From Macrostomum lignano (taxonomy: Eukaryota): a DNA stretch of 64,000 bases. Location: the NCBI GenBank assembly GCA_002269645.1, contig NIVC01000648.1, forward strand, positions 62,001 through 126,000. Reading direction: 5' to 3'. The notes beneath the pieces are model-generated. The model was not told the DNA's origin and did not search any database. It saw nothing but the letters and a program-made list of their open reading frames with translations. Of this stretch, positions 1 to 13,500 are shown piece after piece. The stretch's first letter is position 1. Each line of letters begins with the position of its first letter. Made by a program: the position numbers and the translations under genes.

Positions 1-122
1 AAACGGAAGGAGGGCCGGCCATCAACCCATCATCATTTAAGTTCAGCTGGACATGCTCCAGATCCCTTGTAGCCTTCTCAGAAGATGCTTTTAGCCCCAG
101 TTTTTCACATCCAAATTTACCC

Positions 123-2238
123 CTTGCCTGATTTCACACCCTACTTTACCCCCCCCCCCACCCACTGCCTGATTTCACACACTACTTAACCCCCCCCACT
201 GCCTGATTTCACACCCTTCTTTACCCCCCACTGCCTGATTTCACACCCTACTTTACCCCCCACTGCCTGATTTCACACCCTTCTTTACCCCCCACTGCCT
301 GATTTCACACCCTACTTTACCCCCCACTGCCTGATTTCACACCCTTCTTTACCCCCCCCACTGCCTGATTTCACACCCTACTTTACCCCCCCACCCACTG
401 CCTGATTTCACACACTACTTTACCCCCCCCCCACTGCCTGATTTCACACCCTTCTTTACCCCCACTGCCTGATTTCACACCCTACTTTACCCCCACTGCC
501 TGATTTCACACCCTTCTTTACCCCCAACTGCCTGATTTCACACCCTACTTTACCCCCCACTGCCTGATTTCACACCCTACTTTACCCCCACTGCCTGATT
601 TCACACCCTTCTTTACCCCCCACTGCCTGATTTCACACCCTACTTTACCCCCACTGCCTGATTTCACACCCTTCTTTACCCCCCACTGCCTGATTTCACA
701 CCCTACTTTACCCCCCCCCCACCCACTGCCTGATTTCACACACTACTTTACCCCCCCCCACTGCCTGATTTCACACCCTTCTTTACCCCACCCCACTACC
801 TGATTTCACACCCTTCTTTACCCTCCCTCTAACTGCCTGATTTCACACCCTTCTTTACCCTCCCTCTTACTGCCTGATTTCACACCCTACTTTACCCCCC
901 CACCCACTGCCTGATTTCACACCCTACTTTACCCCCCCCCCACTGCCTGATTTCACACCCTTCTTTACCCCCCCACTGCCTGATTCACCCCTTCTTTACC
1001 CCCCACTGCCTGATTTCACACCCTACTTAACCCCCTGACTGCCTGATTTCACACCCTACTTTACCCCCCCCCACCCACTGCCTGATTTCACACACTACTT
1101 TACCCCCACCCCACTGCCTGATTTCACACCCTACTTTACCCCACCCCACTGCCTGATTTCACACCCTTCTTTACCCCCCCCCCACTGCCTGATTTCACAC
1201 CCTTCTTTACCCTCCCTCTAACTGCCTGATTTCACACCCTTCTTTACCCTCCCTCTTACTGCCTGATTTCACACCCTTCTTTACCCCACCCCACTGCCTG
1301 ATTTCACACCCTTCTTTACCCCCCCCCCACTGCCTGATTTCACACCCTTCTTTACCCCACCCGACTACCTGATTTCACACCCTTCTTTACCCCCCCCACT
1401 GCCTGATTTCACACCCTTCTTTACCCCCCCACTGCCTGATTTCACACCCTTCTTTACCCCCCCCCCACTGCCTGATTTCACACCCTTCTTTACCCTCCCT
1501 CTAACTGCCTGATTTCACACCCTTCTTTTACCCCCCTAACTGCCTGATTTTACACCCTTCTTTACCCCCCCACTGCCTGATTTTACACCCTTCTTTACCC
1601 CCCCACTGCCTGATTTTACACCCTTCTTTACCCCCCACTGCCTGATTTCACACCCTTCTTTACCCCCCACTGCCTGATTTCACACCCTTCTTTACCCCCC
1701 CCCTAACTGCCTGATTCCACACCCTTCTTTTACCCCCTAACTGCCTGATTTCACACCCTTCTTTACCCCCCACTGCCTGATTTCACACCCTTCTTTACCC
1801 CCCCCTAACTGCCTGATTCCACACCCTTCTTTTACCCCCTAACTGCCTGATTTCACACCCTTCTTTACCCCCCTAACTGCCTGATTTTACACCCTTCTTT
1901 ACCCCCCCACTGCCTGATTTCACACCCTTCTTTACCCCCCCCCCTAACTGCCTGATTCCACACCCTTCTTTTACCCCCTAACTGCCTGATTTCACACCCT
2001 TCTTTACCCCCCACTGCCTGATTCCACACCCTTCTTTACCCCCCACTGCCTGATTCCACACCCTTCTTTACCCCCCACTACCTGATTTCACACCCTTCTT
2101 TACCCCCCACTGCCTGATTTCACACCCTTCTTTTACCCCCTAACTGCCTGATTTCACACCCTTCTTTACCCCCCACTGCCTGATTTCACACCCTTCTTTT
2201 ACCCCCTAACTGCCTGATTTCACACCCTTCTTTACCCT
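123..2238. repeat. Minisatellite, ~32-38 bp unit CACTGCCTGATTTCACACCCTTCTTTACCCCC(C)n
   Basis: Directly visible tandem array of dozens of units with a variable C-run; ORF 545..739 is its translation. Confidence 0.97.
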
Positions 2239-2746
2239 ACAGCTACAGCTTTGTTCTCCTCACTAGGATTAAAACTACAAATAAGAGCACTGCAGAAAAA
2301 AATAATTAGAGCCAACAACACAATATGAGTCCAAAGAAACAAAACGAAAAAGAAACAGGAAAAAAGAAAGCAGAAAGCTTTTGTATTGTCTCAAATACGA
2401 GTATAGATAAATTGTGAATGCAGTTTTGGAAGTTTCTCATAAAGATGACTATAAATTGGAAAAAAAGCTTTGGTAGGGAAAATAAAGTTGAATAAACGAG
2501 ACTGAGACTGTATTATGTATTGCGGAACAAACGCTCAAACAATTAAGCTATACTGATGGCAAAACAGTAACAAAACATTGATAAATAAATTGAACTAAAG
2601 CCACAGCAATATTAAGCACATTGAGCATGGCTGCAAAAATTGAATTAGGAAACAAAACACACACAAAACCCAGAAAAAACAGTTCAACAACAGTAGCCAC
2701 TCCTGCCAAGTCAGTCCAAGTTGTCAAAATCAAATTTCAATCCCGA

Positions 2747-5737
2747 TCAATTATAGTCGCTCTCCTCCGAGTCACTATACGACGGCGGACGTCCAACAGC
2801 CGAAGCGGACGGGCCAATGCTAGAAGTGGCGTCGCTAAAACCGCCGTTGCTATGACGACCACTAGGCCCGGCTCCGTTGTTAGCTGCATACTCGATCGAC
2901 AGTTGACTACTACCGCCGCTGTACTCGGTTGGGCTAGGCGACCCATTGTCCTGTTCGGCCGAAAAATTGGCATTTTTGTACTCTTCGAGTCGATCGTTAG
3001 CGGCAATCACTTGCGTGTTCAGCCGTTTGTTCTCGTCCTCTCGATCGTTTAACTGGCGTTTCAAGCTGTCATTGTGATTGCGCATGTCCTCAAAGTAGCG
3101 CTTCACAACTTTGATGCTTTCATTGTATCGTTTCACTTTCGTCAGCTGTGGGGTCAGAAGTGGGCGCTCATAGAGCTGTCAAACCCATCCCAGAGCTGTC
3201 AAACCCGTCTCAGAGCTGTCAAACCGAGCTGTCAAGCTGTCAAACCGCTATCAAGTCCGTCTCAGAGCTGTCAAGCTGTCAAACCGCTATCAAGTCCGTC
3301 TCAGAGCTGTCAAACCCATCTCGGAGCTGTCAAACCCATCTCAGAGCTGTCAAACCGAGCTGTCAAGCTGTCAAACCGCTATCAAGTCCGTCTCAGAGCT
3401 GTCAAGCTGTCAAACCGCTATCAAGTCCGTCTCAGAGCTGTCAAACCCATCTCGGAGCTGTCAAACCCATCTCAGAGCTGTCAAACCCGTCTCAGAGCTG
3501 TCAAACCCGTCTCAGAGCTGTCAAACCGAGCTGTCAAGCTGTCAAACCGCTATCAAGTCCGTCTCAGAGCTGTCAAGCTGTCAAACCGCTATCAAGTCCG
3601 TCTCAGAGCTGTCAAACCCATCTCGGAGCTGTCAAACCCATCTCAGAGCTGTCAAACCCGTCTCAGAGCTGTCAAACCGAGCTGTCAAGCTGTCAAACCG
3701 CTATCAAGTCCGTCTCAGAGCTGTCAAGCTGTCAAACCGCTATCAAGTCCGTCTCAGAGCTGTCAAGCTGTCAAACCGCTATCAAGTCCGTCTCAGAGCT
3801 GTCAAACCCATCTCGGAGCTGTCAAACCCATCTCAGAGCTGTCAAACCCGTCTCAGAGCTGTCAAACCCGTCTCAGAGCTGTCAAACCGAGCTGTCAAGC
3901 TGTCAAACCGCTATCAAGTCCGTCTCAGAGCTGTCAAGCTGTCAAACCGCTATCAAGTCCGTCTCAGAGCTGTCAAACCCATCTCGGAGCTGTCAAACCC
4001 ATCTCAGAGCTGTCAAACCCGTCTCAGAGCTGTCAAACCGAGCTGTCAAGCTGTCAAACCGCTATCAAGTCCGTCTCAGAGCTGTCAAGCTGTCAAACCG
4101 CTATCAAGTCCGTCTCAGAGCTGTCAAAGCCATCTCAGAGCTGTCAAACCCATCCCAGAGCTGTCAAACCCATCCCAGATCTGTCAAACCCATCTCAGAG
4201 CTGTCAAACCCATCCCAGAGCTGTCAAACCCATCCCAGATCTGTCAAACCCATCTCAGAGCTGTCAAACCCATCCCAGATCTGTCAAACCCATCTCAGAG
4301 CTGTCAAACCCACCCCAGAGCTGTCAAACCCATCCCAGATCTGTCAAACCCGTCTCAGAACTGTCAAACCCGTCTCAGAGCTGTCAAACCGAGCTGTCAA
4401 GCTGTCAAACCGCTATCAAGTCCGTCTGAGCTGTCAAACCTGTCTCAGAGCTGTCGAAGCCGTCTCAGAGATGTCAAACACATCTCAGAGCTGTCAAACC
4501 CATCTCAGAGCTATTAAGTCCGTCTCAGAGCTGTCGAACTCGTCTCAGAGATGTCAAACCCATCTCAGAGCTATTAAGTCCGTCTCAGAGCTGTCGAACT
4601 CGTCTCAGAGATGTCAAACCCATCTCAGAGCTATCAAACCCATCTCAGAGCTACCAAGTCCGTCTCAGAGCTGTCAAACCCATCCCAAAGCTGTCAAACT
4701 CGTCACAGAGCTGTCAAACCCATCTCAGAACTGTCAAACCCACCCCAGAGCTGTCAAACCCATCTCCGAGCTGTCTATGCATCCGAAAAGCTTACCATCG
4801 TTTTGAGATGATGCTGGGCGGTGTTCACCGTCTTCTTATGCTGAATGCACCTTTTCTTTCGCTGGTGGCACTGCATACTCAGGCTGTCCAATTCAATTTC
4901 GACCTCCTCCTTTTCAGCCTCAGCCTCAGCCAGAGCTCGGTCATCAGCCTCGTCAATTTCTTTGAGTTTAGCCAAGATAGCAAGGCGCTCCTGTTCATGC
5001 TTGACAGAATGGTCCAGGCTGAAGCTTAGCATGTCGAACGTCTGGTTGACGGTGCGACCAACTTGGCTAAACAAGCCGGCGGATTGGTTGTCTTGGACGC
5101 AGAACCGGTTCACCTTGATGAATGAATGATGCAGGCATAAATAATGGGTAGCGCAGTTGACCGTAAGACTGGCTGAGAAGCTGCACTAAAACAAAACCCA
5201 CTTGCGGAAGATTGCAATCAAACTGGAGAAGACATGACGACAAAACCAAAGGCAATCGAACCAGACCAACAAATGGCAATTGAACCAGACCAACAAATGC
5301 ACTCAAACCAGACCAACAAATGGCAATCGAACCAGACCAACAAATGGCAATTGAACCAGACCAATAAATGCACTCAAACCAGACCAACAAATGGCAGTCG
5401 AACCAGACCAACAATGGCTTTGAAACCAAGGACCAGCAGAGGGAATGCCTAACGGCCTGTCAGCTCCCCAGCAACAAACCTCATTAGGCATCAGGTCAGT
5501 CTTGCACACGTGGCACCTACGCCGGTGATTTGGGCCGCCGTGAATTAACTCAGGCGCGTGAGCTTCGCAGAATGAATGACAGCAGATGCAAATCCAGCCA
5601 ACCGAGTCCAGGTGAACTCCGCAGTCGGGATAGCAGCAGTAATGCTGTTGCACGGTGTTCATTGGATCTCGAGAAGCATCTTCTACCATATTGTCGAGAT
5701 TGGCCCACCAGGTATTTTCGTTGATAGCCAAAGCCAT
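2747..5737 (-). CDS. CCNB1IP1: HEI10/CCNB1IP1-like RING E3 ligase with coiled coil, 324 aa, 3 exons
   Basis: Exons 5737-5480, 5113-4796 and 3145-2747 are joined by GT-AG introns, all phase 0 and in frame (..DLMPNE|VNRFCV..HLKTM|LTKVKRY..). RING CCYPDCGVHLDSVGWICICCHSFCEAH..CHVC matches the HEI10 pattern (C-x4-C..W..CxHxFCxxH..CxxC). It is followed by an AGL motif and a long coiled coil. Homology is from my recall of the family, not a search. Confidence 0.75.
3172..4778. repeat. Complex satellite of GAGCTGTCAAACCCATCTCA-type 20-mers and GCTGTCAA sub-units, filling intron 2 of the HEI10-like gene
   Basis: Tandem array visible; generates ORFs 3074..4429 and 3148..4806. Confidence 0.95.
5258..5415. 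repeat. 24-bp tandem repeat AACCAGACCAACAAATGGCAATCG in intron 1 of the HEI10-like gene
   Basis: About 6 units visible; 8-aa periodicity in ORF 5234..5452. Confidence 0.9.
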
Positions 5738-6039
5738 TGTTGAGTTTCTCAATCAAGTTTCAAATGATTTTGATATTTAGCTACGATTATTATAAACGCT
5801 TAAGGCTGAAAGTCAAGATTAATAAAGCTTCATAACTACCAGCTATAGTAATAAACTGTCTGCTGGGCGAATTAATCTCTATGAAAGGAACTGAAGCGTG
5901 GTTGAAGCGAATAATTAAGAGCAATTTCTAAAAAAATAATTCAAGCCCATTATTGAGATAGGCATTTAAGACTATTTCTAATAAAGGAATTCAGGGTCAT
6001 TTCAAAAATATAGGCTTTAAGGCCATTCTCAGAAATTTG

Positions 6040-6425
6040 TTATAATTTCTAAGAAACTAATCGCGACAGATTCTAAGAAATCGAAGCAATTGACCTAGTT
6101 TCTTAAAAAATAATAGAGGTCCATGTAATTTTCAACAAAAAACAAATTAAGGCAGTGTCTAAGTAGCCCATAGAGGTTTTTTCTAGGAAACCGATTGAGG
6201 TCATTTCTAAAAAAAACCAATCGAGATCATTTCTAAGAAAACAAATAAGTTAATTTCTAAGAAACTGATAGACGTCATTTCTAAGAAATCGATACAAGGA
6301 TAATTCCTAAGAAAGCAATAAGACAATTTTTAGGAAACTAATCGACGTAGTTTCTAAGAAATGAATTGACGTTAATTTATTTCTAATCTTTTTTAAATCA
6401 AGGACGCTATTTCTAAGAAAATTAA
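6040..6425. repeat. Degenerate tandem repeat built around TTTCTAAGAAA
   Basis: The motif recurs every ~25-30 bp with diverged spacers. Confidence 0.6.
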
Positions 6426-7112
6426 TAGGACGTTTTCTTTAAAAAATCCAGATTTTTCGGGGTTAGGCTGAAGAAAAAGAGGGTGATGGGTTTTCAAATG
6501 CTAGTTGCCAGGAAAATTACTAATAAGCCCTGCTAAATAACCAAACTGACAAACAATGAAGAGTCAAACAAATATTTATCAGACAAGCAATCAACGCAAT
6601 TGCATTGCTACCCAGAATTTATATTAGCAATAATATTTTAGCACAAATGCTAACAACAATGACAAAATATTATTCACAACTCAACTAGGGCCAAATAATG
6701 AAAAAATACGTGTATTAAAGATAAGAATTTTGTTCTCTGCACGCTTATCTGAAACTTTAGAAACCGGGTTACAACGAATGCATACAATTATATTACGTAA
6801 GAATTTAATTTTTTAAACAGCGTTTGGATACATAACAAAACATAGCGGAAATTGGATAAAAGAAACTTCATAAGCCTAACTGATTTCTACTAGCTATATT
6901 GTTATTAAACTACTAATAGTAAATCCCAATGAAAACGTAGATTAGATTAATACGCTTAAGACCCAACAGAACGGGGGTGGGGCTCGCAAAATCAACAACA
7001 AAAAATATACAGTATATAGATAGGCAAAGGGAAACAGATCAGCTATAAGGAAAACGCCTCTCAAAGCACTTGATGAATTAAAATGACATTGTTAGATTTA
7101 AACAACAATTCT

Positions 7113-8321
7113 CTACACTCCATGAAACCGATTCGGAGGAGCCTGCTGATTGGCCCACGGCTGCGGCGGATGCTGATGATGAAGCTGCGGCCGAGGCGGC
7201 ATCCCCATTGGCGGATGCATCTGCTGCTGCTGAAACGTAGACTGCGGAGGCGGCTGCAGCAGGACGGGCGGTCCTGGCGGCGCCATCATAGACGCCGGAG
7301 GAGGCGGCAGCATGCCACCACCGGGTCGCATTGGCGGCCTAAATGTCATCTGCTGCGGATGCTGTTGATGCTGCTGATTAGGCGAAGTCATCATCTGGGG
7401 CGGCGGCGGAGGCATCTGGGACATCGGCGGCAGGTGCGGCTGCTGCCCGCCACCGTACGCGGAGACGGCCTGCTGATAAGGATGATGATGATGCAAGGGA
7501 TTAGCCAAGCTACCAGGAGCTGTGCTAGCAACAACCGGCATTGGCAGGTACTGGGCCAATGATTGCTGCGGCTGAGTTGACATTGGCGGATTCATCTGCT
7601 GCTGCTGCTGCTGCTGAAGAGGCGGCGGCGGCGGCAGAGACGCGGCGGTGGCGGATTCGGCGATCAGTTTGGTACCGCCGCCGTGCCTGTGCTCAATGTG
7701 AGCAAGCAGATCTCTCTGGGACAGGTAAGTCCGTTTGCAGCCTGACCGACCGTGCGGCGCGGCAGAGTCGTGCATGCAGATGTGCAGCTGGGATGCCGGC
7801 ACGATTTCGGTGTCTTCAATCGGGTCCTGGCACCGGGGACAGAGCTTGCTAGACTGGGCGCAGGTGCGACAGGCGGCGTGCTTGCATGGCAACAGGCGGC
7901 CAAACGATTGGATCGGTCGATCGCAGGCGTCGCAAAAGTGCAACACCATGGCGGTCTTCTTGCCACTTAAGAGGGCTTGGTGAGTCCAGCAGACCTCCTT
8001 TGACCGACGCCCGTCGCCCATTGGTGGCAGGCTTTGCGCTGACGGACTCTTGGAGCGGGAGCGAGACCGCGGTCGCTTGCGATCCCGATCCCGGTCCGAA
8101 TCGTCAGACGAGTCTGACGAGTCGCGCTGATTCTGATGATAATAATTTTGATGCTGGTAGGGTCTGGAGTTCGAGCCGCCGCCTCCGCCGCTGCGGCCAG
8201 ACGAAGTTCGGCTATTGTGCAGGCTGGCAACCTCGCGATGCGTGCTGGCACTGAGGCGGAGCGCTATGCCGCTTCCTGAATGGTGCCGGCTCGAACCGCT
8301 GTCGTGGTTGTCGTCGTTCAT
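7113..8321 (-). CDS. CBLL1: Hakai/CBLL1 RING-HYB E3 ligase (m6A writer-complex accessory subunit)
   Basis: HFCDACDRPIQSFGRLLPCKHAAC..CPRC RING followed by CKRTYLSQRDLLAHIEHRH, the diagnostic Hakai C2H2/HYB motif. RS-rich N-terminus and P/Q-rich C-terminus. ATG at 8321 is preceded by an acceptor-like TTTTCCAG, so an upstream exon or trans-splice site is possible. Confidence 0.93.
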   Translation of the reverse strand: MNDDNHDSGSSRHHSGSGIALRLSASTHREVASLHNSRTSSGRSGGGGGSNSRPYQHQNYYHQNQRDSSDSSDDSDRDRDRKRPRSRSRSKSPSAQSLPPMGDGRRSKEVCWTHQALLSGKKTAMVLHFCDACDRPIQSFGRLLPCKHAACRTCAQSSKLCPRCQDPIEDTEIVPASQLHICMHDSAAPHGRSGCKRTYLSQRDLLAHIEHRHGGGTKLIAESATAASLPPPPPLQQQQQQQMNPPMSTQPQQSLAQYLPMPVVASTAPGSLANPLHHHHPYQQAVSAYGGGQQPHLPPMSQMPPPPPQMMTSPNQQHQQHPQQMTFRPPMRPGGGMLPPPPASMMAPPGPPVLLQPPPQSTFQQQQMHPPMGMPPRPQLHHQHPPQPWANQQAPPNRFHGV

Positions 8322-8397
8322 AGCGTCTGGAAAAATAATAAGCAACAATTATAGCTCATGGCAATCGAGAGGAAACTAAGAAACTGAAGCCTTCAAT

Positions 8398-8955
8398 AGG
8401 GGATCTGAGCATCTGAGCATCAATGCGTCTGAGATGGTGTGCAATAGGGGATCTAAAATGAGTGCAGCAGTGAGGAATAGGGGCTCTGAGATGAGTGCAG
8501 CAGTGAGGAATAGGGGATCTAAAATGAGTGCAGCAGTGAGCAATAGGGGATCTGAGATGAGTGCAGCAGTGAGCAATAGGGGATCTGAGATGAGTGCAGC
8601 AGTGAGCAATAGGGGATCTGAGATGAGTGCAGCAGTGAGCAATAGGGGATCTGAGATGAGTGCAGCAGTGAGCAATAGGGGATCTGAGATGAGTGCAGCA
8701 GTGAGCAATAGGGGATCTGAGATGAGTGCAGCAGTGAGCAATAGGGGATCTGAGATGAGTGCAGCAGTGAGCAATAGGGGATCTGAGATGAGTGCAGCAG
8801 TGAGCAATAGGGGATCTGAGATGAGTGCAGCAGTGAGCAATAGGGGATCTGAGATGAGTGCAGCAGTGAGCAATAGGGGATCTGAGATGAGTGCAGCAGT
8901 GAGCAATAGGGGATCTGAGATGAGTGCAGCAGTGAGCAATAGGGGATCTGAGATA
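8398..8955. repeat. 33-bp minisatellite GAGATGAGTGCAGCAGTGAGCAATAGGGGATCT
   Basis: Near-perfect tandem array; 11-aa periodicity in three overlapping ORFs. Confidence 0.97.
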
Positions 8956-9539
8956 AGTGCGTACAAGTAAGACAAAAGAAATAAATGAACTCCCAAGCAT
9001 TTGAAGGTATAGTTTGATCGGCAGCATCACCGTATATATTTTAATGGCCAAGGTGTATGATTCATTTTCTTTTAAATTAAAACAAACCGAGAATTAAAAC
9101 AATGGTAACCTGTTGTCCGCAAACGAAATTGGGCATTTCATTGACCAAGCAAGCACAGCGGTATGGTATAAATAGTTTTAAAGAAAAATGTTGCTCTCTC
9201 TTAGCTCTTGAATCTACTACAGCAATTAAGGCAATGGAAGCCTACATCTCGAATATAATATATAAAAAGAAACGATTTGTTTGTAACTTAAAAAAACCAC
9301 AAGAGCAAAGGTGGACTCAACTAAAAAGGAAATTAAAAACAAATTTTGAATATCAAATCATTAAGTATACGAGCAGGCTAGTTCTTTATTAACTAAATAA
9401 AAAAATTACAATCAATATATCCAGACAATGGATATTTTTGAATAAGGCAACGAAGGAAATACAGCAAATTAGGCATTCAAATACAATAGTGCACTATGGT
9501 GAGATGCCGAAGGAGGCAGATAAAGGCAAAGAGAACTTT

Positions 9540-9925
9540 GGGAATTCCATTGCGCACGTAGACTAGAGAGGGAGAATCCCATTCAGTACACATAGACTAT
9601 ACTGGGGGAATCCCATTGCTTACACATGGACTATACTGGGGGAATCCCATTGCGTACACATAGACTATACTGGGGGAATCCCATTGCGCACACGTAGACG
9701 ATATTGGGGGAATCCCATTGCTTACACATGGACTATACTGGGGGAATCCCATTGCTTACACATGGACTATACTGGGGGAATCCCAATGCGCACACAGACT
9801 ATACTGGGGGAATCCCATTGCGTACACATAGACTATACTGGGGAATCCCATTGCGTACACAGACTATACTGGGGGAATCCCATTGCGTACACAGACTATA
9901 CTGGGGAACACCATTGCGCAGACTA
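9540..9925. repeat. ~34-40 bp minisatellite CATAGACTATACTGGGGGAATCCCATTGCGTACA
   Basis: About 10 contiguous units with no unique spacers. Confidence 0.92.
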
Positions 9926-10524
9926 TACTGAGGGAAATAACAAAACAGCCTGGCAAGTATTCCAAGGGTGAAAACCAAGGGTGATTGGCCGTTTACACTT
10001 TGGTCAAATCACTCGCAGATGCGAATGTTTAAATACAAAAGGTACACAGGCTCTCTTCGTGTGGCTGCAAAATATATTCAACATTTGAAAAAGAAATTTA
10101 AATTTTGCACGCATGCACCAATACGAGCTAGTTCCTGGTCGAAACAATTGAATCTGAAGAATCCGTGTTTATTTGCATCAATGCACTAATACAGTAAAGC
10201 CGTTTCCAGTCAGTTAGAAAATTTTCTCTTCAATCTGTTAAATTAAACTGTGTCGGCTGGCAAACAGAATAGCACAATGCATCCAAGGCAATAAATAGTG
10301 GAAGAGGATACTGACAAGCATCACGGACCAGCGGCTATGAAATCTGGAAATTTCTAAATGAGCAAAATATAATTCAAGACACACATTTTGGCTGCAGACT
10401 CCTGTATTGACTTGCGAAAGATAGGCAATACAGAAGTATGATATTTAAATCATTTTAAGTCATTTTATCATGGTATCATCTCTCGATAGATACTACTGAT
10501 TTAAGTACGCAGTTCACACTTCAG

Positions 10525-13500
10525 CTACATATTAGGCGCCCATTTGATGCTCCATTGTTGGAATTTGCCCTCAGCTATGCAGCTGTGCAATCTCGGATTC
10601 TGCAAACTGGCCCCATCAATGGGCTTAGTGTCCAAGCACAGGGCTGGGGACGCCTTTAATCTGATAAGCGTATTGGGCGGATTAAACTGGAACTGCTGCA
10701 TAGCGTTGTTAATCTCGCAGCGCGAGAACAGCACCCGAGCATCCGGTGTAGCCGACATCGCTTGTAAGCACAAATCTGACGATGTGATCTGACCAGAGTC
10801 GGAGAACAGCCACTCCTGATTGCCGCCAGAGCCGTGGCATGGATACATAGCTGGCGCCGAGCCAACAGAGGCTGTCAGCCTATCCAAACACTTCTCACCC
10901 TGCCGCAATTCGCCTCTTTTAGTCAAAGGCGCGCTGGGCGGCTTTAAATCCGGATAGACATTCTCCAAATACCATTTGAATGACCGGCAGTTCAGACGGC
11001 GACGCAGCTCAAGGCGTTCGGACACGTCGCCTGGTTGAATGTAGCGAGCGCCGCCTGATGCCTGACGAGCGGGGAATAGTATGATACTAGCTGTGATACT
11101 TGCTTTGATAGTCGTTGTGATGCTATGAGCAATCTCCACTACCTTGCTAAGCATCCGTAAGATAAAAAGTACTTTCAAACACAGAACAAAGGCGAATGTA
11201 GAACATTAAAATAAGATGCTGCATTTCATTGTCAGTAACGATTTACTTGCTAAATATTGGTAGCCAGTGACAATTTGACTGTCAGCGGGCAAGAGGAAAG
11301 GTTTCCAAAACGTGATCAATATCTTAAAACTCACCTGGAAATAGAACTGTTTATATTCGTCCAGCCAGACCTCGGCAGCTCGGCGGGTATTGCGAGTGAA
11401 CACTACCCCGGATCCGCCTGGAAACGAGTAGGGATGCTGCCTCCGGAACACGTGGCCAACCCGGCTACAGGGCAGAATCTCCAGCACGCAGTGGCACTGC
11501 CACACTCTCAGAGAGAATTCCAGATTCTCGGCGCCCCAAACGTCCATTTTAGTATCGTATTGGCCTAATTCGTTGAACAATTGTCTCTCGATGCTAAACA
11601 GGCCGCCAGCAATCATTGGCGTTCGAATCGGTGCGGTTGGATCGCGCGTTCTGGCCGCGAGTTCGCGCGAATTCAAATTGTCCCATTTGAATACGAGATT
11701 CCAGGCGAATCCGCCTTTTAAATTGGCCGAAGCGCCAATATAGTCGAAATTGTCCATTCCGATGACGTCAATGATTGGCGAGACTACGGCTTTCCTATCC
11801 GATTTGATACGACTCAGCAGCGGCTGAAGCCAGTCTTTGTTGCACTCGCAGTGGCTGTCTAGAAAGGTCAACACGTGACCAGTGGCGGCGTTGGCTCCGC
11901 GAATTCTCGACCGCATTAGGCCTTCACGACGATTGTTGCGGATTAGGCGAACCTGCCGGGTTTAGTGAAGGTGCAAGAATATTATTGCAAAATCGGTTTA
12001 TATAAAACTGATAGTTGGCCCAATAGTGGGTTCAGAATATAGTTGTCTCAGGTTAATTATCTCGCAAATTTATAAACTTATTAAAAGATCTCGACTCTCA
12101 CATTGAAGTTCCTGGGTTGTCAGATGGGCTTCCGGTGTGCCTAGCAAAATTGCATAACATGTAGCTAACACATGTTACATTGGTAATACTAATTAGATGA
12201 CGAAGAATTTACGTATCTTAAAACTAGGATAGTTACTCTTGCCGTTTATCCACGCTACAATATGGTGATAAACCCAATATGGTGATGGACCCAATATGGT
12301 AATGAATTCAATATAGTGATGGATCCAGTATGATGATGGATCTAATATGGTGATGGATACAATTGGGTGATGGATCCAGCATGGTGATGGATCCAATATA
12401 GTGGTGGATCCAGTATGATGATAGATCTAATATGGTGATGGATACAATAGGGTGATGAATTCAGTATGGTGATGAATCCAGTATGATAATCGATCCAGTA
12501 TGATGATGGATCTAATATAGTGATGGATACAATTGGGTGATGAATTCAGTATGGTGATGGATCCAATAGTGGTGGATCCAGTATGATGATGGATCTAATA
12601 TGGTGATGGATACAATTGGGTGATGAATTCAGTATGGTGATGGATCCAATAGTGGTGGATCCAGTATGATGATGGATCTAATATGGTGATGGATACAATT
12701 GGGTGATGGATCCAGCATGGTGATGGATCCAATATAGTGGTGGATCCAGTATGATGATGGATCTAATATAGTGATGGATACAATAGGGTGATGAATTCAG
12801 TATGGTGATGAATCCAGTATGATGATGGATCTAATATGGTGATGGATACAATTGGGTGATGAATTCAGTATGGTATCAAGCCATGCTTACCTTGGCTATT
12901 TGAGTCAGCAGTTTACCAGTGTCCTCGTCCGTACTAAAATCGTCAACAAGAATAATCTCGCGAACCAGATGGTAGGGCGACATCCGGAACACGCTGAGCA
13001 CAGTGCGCACCAAGGTAGACCTGGCTTCGTTATGAAACGTTATAACAACGCTAGTATCGGGCAAATCTGTCGAATCGTATTGAATCGAACGGCACTGCGA
13101 TTCCCTAGTATCCGGCACATCTCGAATAGCTGAAACACTGTCGCTAACCTGCTGGTTGAATTTGTTCTTGGCGTATTTGTCCTCGCCAGCGTGCCAGGCA
13201 CCGCCGGCCACGTAGGCCTTCCAATCGAAGTTGGTCCACATTACCTTGGCAACGGGTTGGGATCACTTAGCAACCGGTCTAATAAATGGCTGTAGTAGCC
13301 TGTATTTTAGGTTTTTGTTTTTTTGGCAAAACACTTGAAATTGACCAATAAAATCTGTCGCTATATGATTTTCTGAAGCCACACAACAAATAATAGTAAT
13401 ACTGAAATCGTCCATCTAAACCACAGATAGTAGAAAAACTAGATACAGTAGGCCACTCAGCACATTTGCATGTAAGCTACTTTCAGTTCAGTACATGTAG

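Noticed and set aside
3074-4811. 451-aa and 552-aa ORFs of AVKP/ELSNPSQSCQT repeats
   Set aside because: Translations of the intronic satellite; several frames are open with nucleotide-level periodicity.
8356-9051. HCCTHLRSPIA, ISDPLLLTAAL and MSAAVSNRGSE repeat ORFs (metallothionein-like look)
   Set aside because: A 33-bp minisatellite open in several frames on both strands.
9540-9925. CRISPR-like repeat with an internal palindrome (TGGGGGAATCCCA)
   Set aside because: Units are contiguous with no unique spacers, there are no cas genes, and the context is eukaryotic.
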